Positions 39,893-50,501 of a stretch of DNA of 64,000 nt are shown here, one piece after another (position 1 is the stretch's first letter; each line of letters starts with the position of its first letter). A model generated the notes under the pieces. The model saw nothing but the letters and a program-made list of their open reading frames with translations. It did not search any database and had not been told where the DNA came from. Both the position numbers and the translations under genes were made by a program. Source of the stretch: Dipteris shenzhenensis (lineage: Eukaryota); the NCBI GenBank assembly GCA_047967505.1, contig CM106538.1; one strand, given 5' to 3'.

Positions 39893-42240
39893 AAACGGTC
39901 ATACAGATGCATGAAGAGAAAGCGAATCTAGGTAGATCCACAAAAGCAACCAAAGAGGAAGAGAGTAATGAAGGAGGAGAACATGTTAAATGCATTGGGA
40001 TATCTATGTTACAAGTGAAGATGTATGCGCTTCATTGATCTTGCAGACATCAGGGAATGTAGAGGATACGTGTGGCAAAGAAGAGGAAGCGAAAGAAATG
40101 AATACCTTCTCACAAGTCTCTCTTGCTTTCTTCAAAATGGCAATAAAAGGCTAAGTTCAAGACAAAAGGTAAAACCTCTTGTAAATGGAAAAAAGATTTG
40201 CAATAAGGCATATCACAATATTACTGGATTATCCCATGGTACAGATTGGGATTTAGTCACCAAGGCAAAGGGCGGCAACAGATTTAGCATTCGCAGTAAT
40301 AGAGGAAGGTTCAAATCAAGAATCTCAATTGTCAAGGCAGCAGCAATTTTGCAAGACTTCATACATGAAAATGCTTTACCTCAACCCCATATATCTACCA
40401 AACTCCCTAACGGTGACGCGATCACTGAAATGCACCTTCCAATGGGCTTGACAAAGCTCAAAGTATTTGACTCTATTGCAGAAAAGCAAAGGCAAAGAGG
40501 GGATGCTGTAGCTTCTTCTCATACTTTGTATACTCTTTGGAAGAAGAACTTTGGATATGTTAAAATCCCAAGGACGCAAAAAATGTCAAAGTGCAATGTC
40601 TGTGATGATTTAAAGCGAGTAATTGAGAGTGCAACATGTCCAAATCAAAGGGAATTATACAAAAAAAACCAAAAATCTCATCATGACATTATTCGACATT
40701 CTAGACAAAAATATGCATTTTGGAAGGAGCAAGCTATTTTGCATCCCGATGACTACATGTGCCTTATTGTAGATGGCATGGATCAGAATACAACAACATT
40801 GCCTTGTTTTGTTGCCACTCCATCTAAATTACAAGGAAAGCACTTTCTAAAGACACATCTATGTGGAGTGTTAGTGCATGGAATTAAGTTCTTTGTAGAT
40901 ATATGGATTGATTCCTTGCATCTACATGATAGAAATCAAGTTGTAACATCTATTATGAAGGCGATTCGCAATGTACATGCAGAAAAAGGTCGCCTACCAT
41001 CGACTTTGAGAATACAAGCTAATAATTACTGGCAAGAAAATAAGAATGTACTCATGTTTGCATTCTGCTCCATGCTAGTTTCTCATCGAATCTTCAATGA
41101 GGTCGAATGTGGAATTTTTGTATGTTGGGCATACACATGAGGATATCGATCAGGTTTTTAGCACAGTCTCAAGGGAGCTTAAATGCAAGAATGTGGAGAC
41201 AATAGATGACTTGGTAAGAAGATGTGGCAGGCAAGTTGGTGGTCGTAAGGAAAGTACAGTATGTGAGAGGCTCAAAAGAATGTATGATTGGAAGAGCTTC
41301 ATTATACCTTTCATACAAACACGTGGTGATGCATTGACAGGTCATACCAATCCACACTACTTTCCTTTTTTTTTTTTAAGATGAAAAACCCGTAATGCAA
41401 TGGCAACAGTATTGTCATGATACAAAAAGGGAACCTGAAGAACCTTACAGTCTCTTAACTTCAATTCCCAGCAAGGAAAGGTATCCAACATGGGCTCCTA
41501 TACAAGAATTCAATGAGAGGTCTAACTATAAAATAGAAGGATTAAAAGCATTTATTACATACAAAGAGAAAATGCTCGGAGATATCCTGATTTGAAGCCT
41601 ACTTGGAGAGAACACACTACCACTATAATTAACAAGACACAAAATTTAATAAAGGACCTTGAGAGTGTGCGAGGCTCAAAGGATGTCAAGGAAGAATGCA
41701 ATATGTTTTGGCCAAATGTTCATAACGATTTGCACCCAGCTGTAGTCTTTGAAAATGAATTTGTATCATTACTTCCACATCCATATTGTGGACCAAAGAA
41801 GAGAGAGTTTATGCCACAAGTAGATATAGAGGTTGATTGTTTTTTGTGGTTCGGCCATCAAATTATGAATATGAGAATGTGAAGTTTTGGGTTGCAAAAG
41901 TAGTTGATGGGGAGTTGATGTGCAAAGAGATGACCAAGGGAGAACTACAACATTTACAGCGGTATGGTATGAGCCAAAGGGCAGGAAGGAGAATATGGAA
42001 AATAACACATTGTATACTAATTGTATAATGAAGGAGTGGGTCCCAAATGATGAAGCGGTCTCTCAAGTTTCGACAAAGACAATCATAGTGTCTTGGCATT
42101 CAAGGGCAAAGAAATCAAAGAAGCGCATGGGATATGAGGTAGAAGGAAAAATAAAAATACCATAGCAAAGTATTTTGCATATACACGAATTTTTAAGGAT
42201 GCTCGCCATAGAGGAAGTAGAAGGAGACAACGCAAATGAA
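39893..42240 (+). pseudogene. Sola-type (DUF7869-like) DDD transposase, frameshifted, with a BAH/Tudor-like C-terminal tail
   Basis: SKCNVCDDL zinc motif; CLIVDGMDQ..TLP; LRIQANNYWQENKN (canonical DNC..NKN, with D->N); FLYVGHTHEDIDQVFS; later FWVAKVV..VWYEPK. Frameshifts at ~41110, ~41370, ~41590, ~41840 and ~41920. Confidence 0.8.
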
Positions 42241-44019
42241 GAATGTCCATAATTAAAGCTTTGTATTGAAGTCCATTGAAGGATTTTATTTGGGTACTAG
42301 GCAAGAAGCCAATTCAAGACAATTATAATCAGAGTCATCACCTCCTATGTCAAATGAGAGTCAAAATATGCATTGGATGTCACCCAAGGGTCAAGGCCTG
42401 GCAAGACAATAGGGAGTTAATGTAGATGGCACTTGGCAAGGGACTGTCACATTGAGCAATAAGACAATGGGGAGTCAATGCACCCAAGGGGCAAGGCTTG
42501 GCAAGACAAGTGGGAGTTGAAGCAGATGGCACCTGGTAAGGGACTATCATGACATTGAGCAATAAGACAATGGGGAGTCGAATGATGCAGATGGCACGAA
42601 TTGAGGCTCTTTAAAAGCAACAATTTAAATTGTAAACATATGTTCAATCTATATCATTTTGGATACAAAGACTCCAGTTGAGAGCAACGTCTCTCAATGT
42701 AAACATATAATGATAGCTATAATTGCTATTATAATTCTTTGGTTCAATACAAAACTTGGGTCTTCTGGCATCATGTCTTTTTTTTATTTATTAAAAGTTT
42801 TAAAAATTTTGTGCATATTGCGAGTGAATTTTCATGAAATATTTAAGTCTTCTTTCATGGATTTATAAATTTATTACATCAAGGAAAAATATTAAAAATA
42901 ATTAGATTAACAAATAACTTAGGTATAGCTAGAATTTCTAATATAGGATTATTTCAAATTCTTGCATGTTGGTGCAAAAGTATAGATTGAAAAAACAATA
43001 TTTTTATGTGAATATGATAGTGCCACAAAGTGAACTTTTGATTTGGGAAGAATATTTTCAGAAAGTAAAATTTTGATTTGGGAAGGATATTTTCACAAAG
43101 TAAACTTTTCATTTGGGAAGGATTTTTGGGCTTCGTCCAAAAACAACAGAAAAAGTCCAAAATTATTGAAATAGGTGTTTTAAATACTAGTGTAGAAGTG
43201 CCTATTGTATTTTCATTGACTTAGATCATAGTCCAATGAATGACTTGGAAATTACCAGTTGAATAGAGCTATAAACTAACCTTGAAGACATTTTACAAAG
43301 ATAAGAATTCAAAAATGTCATCTTCACTTTAAATTTTAGAAATAAAATAACTAAGTATTGTATTATACAACTAGATAGAAATGTGCATTTTATAAATATT
43401 TATATCCTAAAGTTGAAGAAATTTTACAAGGATTGGAATTTAAAAAATATAATCTTGATTTTGAATTCTAGAAATGAGACAATTGATTATTGTATTATAT
43501 AATTAAATAGTACTTTGAAACTTTTAAACAACCACATGTTTTGTTTACAAAAAAATAGATTTGTTAGATTGCAACACAAAAATGCAATTACAAGTAAATA
43601 ATGATAGCATAGATTAAGGCATTGTTACAGCATCTCGTTGCTATGTGTTGCTTGTTGGTCGTGTGTTGTTGAACATGCATGATTCATTTGGTTGGCTGTG
43701 GGTTGTTCCTTTGTGTTCAATTTGTACTGAAGGAGTTGCCGTATATGTTGTAGTTGTAGTTGTGGTGCTTGTTGCAGGCTGGCCAAGTGCCATTGTGTCA
43801 ATGGTGTGGATGCACTGGTGGAGAGCTATGTAATGGGACGTGGGACCCGCCGCTCATTGGCCACCCTTGCTATCGTGATTTGATTGCAGGTAGTTCATTT
43901 TTATTGTGTGAGGAGTCATTCCATGCTAAATTAGAGGTCTTTGAATTGTTTGTGGTCTAGTGGTGGCTGTAGTTTAGGTTGTTGGAGGCCGTTGACTTCA
44001 CAATCATCTATAGAAAAGC

Positions 44020-44375
44020 TTGATGAAGAAGAGCAAGAATTGCCAAAAACACCCCAAGCAGAGCCACAACAACTCAGACGGTCTACTAGGGAAAGCAGAC
44101 CTCTAGCCAGATTGACATATGCTCAGAAAGGCAAAGCAATTCAGGTGGAAACCACCAATTATGCTCTTATGACTACCATCATGGCTACAAAAGAGCCAGT
44201 GTACTTTGAAGATGCAGTAGACAAGGCAGAATAGCAAACTACTATGAATGAAAATGGATGCTTCATATAAGTATAATACTTGGGAATTATGTGACCTTCC
44301 ACTAGGAAAGAAGGCTATAGCAAAGAAATGGGTATACAATGCAGATGGAAGAATTGAAAATGTTACATGCAACCT
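44020..44375 (+). mobile_element. Ty1/copia pol fragment (linker and start of reverse transcriptase)
   Basis: LRRSTRESRP..YALM..EPVYFEDAV..*..M.E, followed by NTWELCDLPLGKKAIAKKWVY. Confidence 0.8.
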
Positions 44376-44460
44376 GAATGGGTAGTATTTTTCATATTCC
44401 ACCAAGCTTGATGGTTTCTTTTGCCCTTTTTTTCCTATTACCTTTCCACTTGGCTCCAAT

Positions 44461-45105
44461 TCACCTACCACTGCTTCTTTCCACAACTGCTAGCATACCC
44501 TCTAGAAGTGTTCCTTCTTGTGGTACATCAACTATAGTTAGCTTTCCTTTCTTTGCCCCTTCTCCGCTACCACCTAGTGCTTGAACCATAGTCGATTTTC
44601 CTTTCTTTGTTCCTTCCCCACTATCTTCCCCACTCTCACGCTTCTTTAATGTTGCTGAAACTTTGTGATATGATTCAATGATTGTTGTCACTGTGTGATA
44701 TTCATTTCCATAAATTGATTCAACACTTATCCAGCCTCTTGAGTGCATGTTGTCATCTACATCAGACTTCATACCAGATGCTTCATAATCGCTGGGATCC
44801 AAGAGAAACTTCTTATTTTGATTTATAATGATCAACAATCCAATATCTCCCTCTTTTCCAACCACATCTTCAGTGATTTGATGTACTGATCCAACACAAG
44901 TGTATGCACTTTTATTAGGTAACAAAACAAATAAGTGAACTCGTGTCAACTGTGCTCCCTCAATACTATATATGTCAAAGTACCAAGGTATGCTTTTTCC
45001 TGCAAATCCACTTACAACTTTCTCAACCTTCTTCACATTTGTGTCTTTCCTATAAAAAACCCAAGCAATATACAAACTATCTTTATAATCTTTAATGTTA
45101 GACAC
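44461..45105 (-). CDS. Hypothetical 214-aa ORF, possibly BAH-like
   Basis: An open frame of ordinary composition. YIAWVFYRKDT and WISVESIYG weakly recall BAH-domain motifs. Confidence 0.3.
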   Translation of the reverse strand: MSNIKDYKDSLYIAWVFYRKDTNVKKVEKVVSGFAGKSIPWYFDIYSIEGAQLTRVHLFVLLPNKSAYTCVGSVHQITEDVVGKEGDIGLLIIINQNKKFLLDPSDYEASGMKSDVDDNMHSRGWISVESIYGNEYHTVTTIIESYHKVSATLKKRESGEDSGEGTKKGKSTMVQALGGSGEGAKKGKLTIVDVPQEGTLLEGMLAVVERSSGR

Positions 45106-45189
45106 AACACATTATCGATAAACATATTTGAAATAGAATCTAGAATGGACACTAGACATAGTAGTAGATTTGAGAAAGCACTAGATTCT

Positions 45190-46470
45190 AGGGAGATTTG
45201 GCCGCACTAGGGAGATTTGGCCATGCGGCCAAATCTTATGGGCTTCTTTTAAAGCACTGGAAGGGGAGGTTTGGATGTGTGGCCAAATCATATGGGCTTC
45301 TTTCAAAGCACCAAAGTTTGGGGAGATTTGGCCTTGTGGCTAGATCTTGTGGGCTTCTTTCAAAGCACTAGGGTCTGGAGAGATTTGGTTGTGCAACCAA
45401 ATCTTGCTAGCTTCTTTCAAATTAGTCAAATCTTTCTAGCTTCTTTTGAATCACTTGGGTTTAGGGAGATTTGGCCGTGTGGCCAAATCTTGCTAGCTTC
45501 TTTCTAATCACGAGGGTCTATGGAGATTTGGCCATGCGGCCAAATCTTTTCAAAGCACCAGGGTTTGGGGAGATTTGTGTGCAGTCAAATCTTGCTAGCT
45601 TCTTTCTAATCACAACGGTCTATGGAGATTTGGCTATGCAGCCAAATCTTTTCAAAGCACCAGGTTTAGGGAGATTTGGTCGTGCAGCCAAATCTTTTCA
45701 AAGCACCAGGTTTAGGGAGATTTGGCCGTGCAACCAAATCTTGCTAGCTTCTTTCTAATCACGAGGGTCTATGGAGATTTGGCAATGCGGCCAAATCTTT
45801 TCAAAGCACCAGGGTTTGGGGAGATTTGTGTGCGGTCAAATCTTGCTAGCTTCTTTCTAATCATAAGGGTCTATGGAGATTTGGCTATGTGGCCAATTCT
45901 TTTCAAAGCACCAGGTTTAGGGAGATTTGGCCGTGCAGCCAAATCTTTTCAAAGCACTAGGTTTGGGGAGATTTGGCCATGCAATCAAATCTTTTCAAAG
46001 CACCAGGTTTGGGGAGATTTGGCCATGCAGCAAAATCTTTTCAAAGAACCAGGTTTGGGGAGATTTGGCTATGCAACCAAATCTTTTCAAAGCGCTAAGG
46101 TTTGGGGATATTTGGATACGATGCGAAATCTTTCTAGCTTTTTATAAGTCACGAGGGTTTAGGGAGATTTGACTGTGTGGCCAAATCTTGCTAGCTTCTT
46201 TCTAATCACAAGGGTCTAGGAAGATTTGGCCGTGCAGCCAAATCTTTTCAAAGCAGCAGGATTTGGGGAGATTTGGTTGTGATGCCAAATCTTTCTAGCT
46301 TCTTTTAAATCACCTGGGTCTAAGGAGATTTGGGCATGCGGCCAAATCTTGCTAGCTTCTTTCTAATCATGATGGTCTAGGGAGATTTGGCCATGCGGCC
46401 AAATCTTGCTATCTTCTTTCTAATCACGAGTGTTGAGGAAGATTTGGTTGTGTGGCCAAATCTTTTCAAA
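45190..46470. repeat. Tandem array of hairpin-containing units (~46 and ~57 bp)
   Basis: About two dozen copies of AGATTTGGCC-gtgc-GGCCAAATCT, separated by two conserved linker types. A ~252-bp block is duplicated (45466/45718). Confidence 0.9.
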
Positions 46471-46938
46471 GACAAATATTTGGAAGGTGTGACATTGATC
46501 TTTTTTGTTTATCTTTTTTTTTGCAGACCATTGCTTTGTGGTTGCAAGTTCCGCACACTAGACAAAATATCAAGGACTAGTGTTGCATTCTTACTTTTTC
46601 TCCAACTAAACTAAAATGGTGTTTTTGAACACCACCTTTTTTCGAGAAGAGGCAAAAAATGCTTCGTTAACATATGATGTTTTTTTCTCGGCTAATGTAG
46701 AATAGGCACACTCCAAATTATGAGTTTCATATACACGGCCAAATCTAGGGAGAAAGTCAGTGGAGTGCACTCAATGCATTGTAATTATAACCCCTCAAAA
46801 AATACCATGCATTGGTCAAAACCTCAACATTTGATATTTTATTTATGTTGATGCAAACCATGCACATTTGCGAGATTTGGATGGACTGCCAAATCTATGG
46901 GAAAAATCAATGAAAAACATTGAATGTTACATAATTAC

Positions 46939-49173
46939 TAATTGGATATCTCAAGGTGTATGCCTCAGGCACACCTTGGTTTCTATGTGTGAGCGCTAGA
47001 GGCACAGTTAGGTGCCCACAAGCACAGTTATGTGGTGGAGAGCCACATAGGATGATTGAGAGAATCTAGGAGCAGATTGAGGAGATGATTGTGGAGCTCT
47101 GAAGTCATCAGTGATGTCAGTGAGCATGTATGAGGTGCCTACTTAAGGACCTCACTCTTCTTCATTCCATAATGCAAGTAATGCAAGTATTCTGAGTTTG
47201 TGCCCACTCTTTGCTTTCCTTTCAGCTTACCAACATGGTATCAGAGCCCTTTGATCCCCCTTGAGCCCATATCTACCACATCATCTTCTTCTTCTTCATC
47301 TTCTTCTTCCCCATTTTCCTCCTTCTTCCCAAAATCTTTGAGAGCTTGGTTCTCTGCCTACAAAAGACCATTGCCCAAACCCTCTGAGCTGTAAACTCCT
47401 CTAGTATGGGCAAACTTCCACCTACAAAAAATTGAGAAAAAAACATCTCTATTGGCTGCCATTCTCCAAAAAGCGAATTTCTTCTATTGCTCAATACTCC
47501 CTGCCTACTCCGCCATTGCCTGAGCCCTCTTAGGAATAGATGGGCGACCTCAAGACGAAGATTTTGAGCCATTTTTCAGCTCATTTGGTTTAGTAACAAA
47601 GGAGAAATCATCAAAACTCAGGTTCAGACTATAGCAACTCCCCTAGGCAAAAGCGCACACCATTTCATCCAACCTCTGTGCTGGACCCTCTCTGGTATAT
47701 GAGCTTTATTTTGCTTCAGAAAGCCCTCTTTTTCTTGCTTTGAAGAGTGAGCTACAACCCCTCCAAGTTCAGCCTTTTGGTTTTGACAGTTTTGGACAAG
47801 TTTTTGAAGATGATGCTACATAAAATGCTACTCTAGCATTTCTGGTTTTTTGAATCTTTCAATAACTTCAGTACAAGTGTGGCTTTAGTTTTGTTTTGAA
47901 TTGCTAGACCTGGTTTTGATTGGAAAGTATTCATTTTAGCCACCTCTATGAAGCATGTAAGAAGAAGCATCATTGTTTGAAATTTGGTCACAAGACTTTG
48001 CTACATTAAATGCTTATATTTTGAAGCATTTCAGTTGTTATTCTAAGCCCTGTAAGAGAGAAGACACTACCCAATACCTGGGTTAGACCCTCTCATGGCT
48101 TGCTTATGCAAAATATGTGAAAAGCCAAAACATAAAGCAATGTCTTGTTATGCTACAAAGGATGAAAAAGCCAACCTGAATTCCTTGTTGAAGATTGCCA
48201 AAACAATGGTTGCCAAAAAGGAAGCAACTACAAAGCCAGAGATCTACCCTCTCATGACACTTTTATTTGACTCCAAGTACAAGAAAAAGATGAAGGTCAG
48301 ATACCTAAGATATGCTTCTCTACACAACTATGGAGATGACAAGATAATTGTTCTCTTGAAGGATATGATTTTCAGATCCACTTGTTCTATCATAGTACCA
48401 TCTTATAAGGCACTAGACACTGCCCATGTGGTAAGACCTTGCCTTGACATGGATATTTTGCCTCCACAAGATGAGGCATCCCATGAAGATTATGCATTTT
48501 AAATCATCTCTATGTATGCTCCAGATCTCTCTTTTTATGTCAAGGTACTCAGCCTGGATAGTCCTCCAAAATGAATGAAAATAAACTATTGTGTTTTGTG
48601 TGTTTTGTAAACACCTCTGGTCACCTTATGATGTAGGCCATGTGTATGTTTTGCTCCATGGTACCTCTTGCAGACATTGTGTGCATGTACATGCAGGGGA
48701 GATAACCATTGGAAGGTCTTTTTGTATCCCTTTTGTTTACCTTACACCCATGGGAACCCTTGCTAGCATGAGAACCTAGCCATAGATTTATCCTTGACCA
48801 CCATGAGATGGCATGAGAGACTATGAGACTAGATGTATCCTTGACATAGCCTGAGGCATTCCCTTGAGGCGGGGTTTGATGGGATATCTCAAGGTGTATG
48901 CCTCAGGCACACCTTGGTTTCTATGTGTGAGTGCTAGAGGCACAGTTAGGTGCCCATAAGCACAGTTAGGTGGTGGAGAGCCACATAGGATGATTGAGAG
49001 AATCTAGGAGCAGATTGAGGAGATGATTGTGGAGCTCTGAAGTCATCAGTGATGTCAGTGAGCATGTATGAGGTGCCTACTTAAGGACCTCACTCTTCTT
49101 CATTCCAAAATGCAAGTAATGCAAGTATTCTGAGTTTGTGTCCACTCTTTGCTTTCCTTTTAGCTTACCAACA
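46939..49173 (+). mobile_element. Non-autonomous LTR retrotransposon (TRIM/LARD-like), 2235 bp
   Basis: LTRs at 46939-47235 and 48877-49173 (297 bp each, few mismatches, TG..CA on the 3' LTR). PBS TGGTATCAGAGCC (Met-i) at 47236, PPT GAGGCGGGG before 48877, and a 5-bp TSD ATTAC on both sides. Confidence 0.95.
48095..48502 (+). CDS. Short ORF in the LTR element with a gag-type CCHC zinc knuckle
   Basis: CKICEKPKHKAMSC fits C-X2-C-X4-H-X4-C. Confidence 0.45.
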   Translation: MACLCKICEKPKHKAMSCYATKDEKANLNSLLKIAKTMVAKKEATTKPEIYPLMTLLFDSKYKKKMKVRYLRYASLHNYGDDKIIVLLKDMIFRSTCSIIVPSYKALDTAHVVRPCLDMDILPPQDEASHEDYAF

Positions 49174-49699
49174 ATTACAACCCCTCAAAAGTTCCCAAAT
49201 TATCAAGATTTTCCCAAATTCTCTAATATGGTGTTAATGGGGCCCTCTGTCCATTTGGAATACTCAAGGAATGGAGAAATCACAGTACAGAGCAAAGGCA
49301 GCATACTTCAAGAATACAAGGCATGGGAGTGGTATCGGGCGAAGCAATGCACTACACAAAATGTTCGATTAGTTTCATAGAGGTTTTATAGATGTCTAGA
49401 GGCTAGGACTCTCAAGTGCGATAAGGTAGTCTCAAGTCTCAAAAAAGCGGTTCAACATGTCAAGAAGACAAGGAGATCTGCTGCTTGGAAGTCCTCAACA
49501 GGGAGCCAAGGGGTTGCACTTTGATTGCAACATAGAGTCAGACAAGGGAGGCATTGGGTCCTAAGAGAGCCCCAAATGTAAAATGTTTGATGAATAAAGT
49601 TAACAAGAGGCCTCCTGCTGTCTGGACTGAGATTTGGAGGCTTCTTCTGGAACATCAGGTAGGTCGGAGTAGATTGATGTCTCTGCATCTTTGATTTGG

Positions 49700-50268
49700 G
49701 CCAGTGTTAATAAAAGAACCTCTTCTATTGAATCATCTGCTCCCAAAAACCCAGTACGAGCTCTTCATTGTAGATGTTGGGCTCATCTACAAAAATAAGA
49801 GGATCAGAAAGGGTAGGGGTAGGGTCAAGGCTTGAGGTCGAGGCCTCCTCTTCCATCTGTCCCTCCTAAAGAAGGAAAATAAAGGTCATTTCCTAGGATA
49901 GGAACCTATTTCCTATGTTTCTGATGACTCCACATGCTAGGAGGTCATCAATGTCCACCTCCCTAAAACCTAGGGGTGTGAGCTGGGCTCGAAAGCGATC
50001 TAAACACTTCACAAACCTAGGTTCTTGATTGAACAATACTTCAAATAATCAATTGGCACCCATCTTTTTGTAGACTCATCAAGTTGATATGCAAAACTCA
50101 CAATGTAGTCTTGCATGTATTGATGAGGTCTTCAAAATCATCTCGGGCTCCCAAGTAGGTGCCTAGAACAACTATGCTCTTATCAAATACTAGAAATAAC
50201 TCCTCCTCTCTATCAATTAATGGAGTACGGGAGATGAAATTGTGGAAGGCACACCTAGCAGAATCCAT
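49700..50268 (-). pseudogene. Degenerate ORF of unknown function
   Basis: ATG at 50268 (MDSARCAFHNFISRTPLIDREEELFLVFDKSIVVLGTYLG...) with several stops. A TATA-like sequence lies at ~50340. Confidence 0.3.
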
Positions 50269-50501
50269 GGTAGTTTGGTAGCTAGGAGAACTATGGCTAT
50301 GATAGTGAAACTTTGAAACTAAAGTGACTTTATAACCTATATATACCCAAATGTTCTAAATATAAAAAATAAAAAGAATTATAAAGTTTTTGGGAAAAAC
50401 TTAACATTGACATGAAACAAAACCATTCAAAACATCAAAATTAATTGCACCACTATTAACTAGAAAATGTCAAAATCCACAATTGTTCCACCCCACATTT
50501 T

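Larger units (their letters stand above)
19721..43183 (+). mobile_element. Giant (~23.5 kb) Sola-like DDD transposon with cargo
   Basis: A 30-bp inverted repeat with one mismatch: TTAAAACACCTATTTCATTAATTTTGGACT (19721-19750) and AGTCCAAAATTATTGAAATAGGTGTTTTAA (43154-43183). The outer TTAA may be the TSD. Subterminal tandem repeats occur at both ends (~101-bp x2 at ~19835-20015; 35-bp x3 at ~43025-43125). It encloses a Sola-type transposase. Confidence 0.75.

Noticed and set aside
19725-43179. piggyBac assignment based on TTAA flanks
   Set aside because: The ends lack CCY termini, and the enclosed transposase has Sola-type rather than piggyBac motifs.
45190-46470. CRISPR-like array of palindromic repeats
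   Set aside because: The linkers are conserved (two types) rather than unique spacers. There are no cas genes and the context is eukaryotic.
45271-46614. Repetitive ORFs (GDLAMRPNLFKAPG)
   Set aside because: They are translations of the hairpin tandem repeat.
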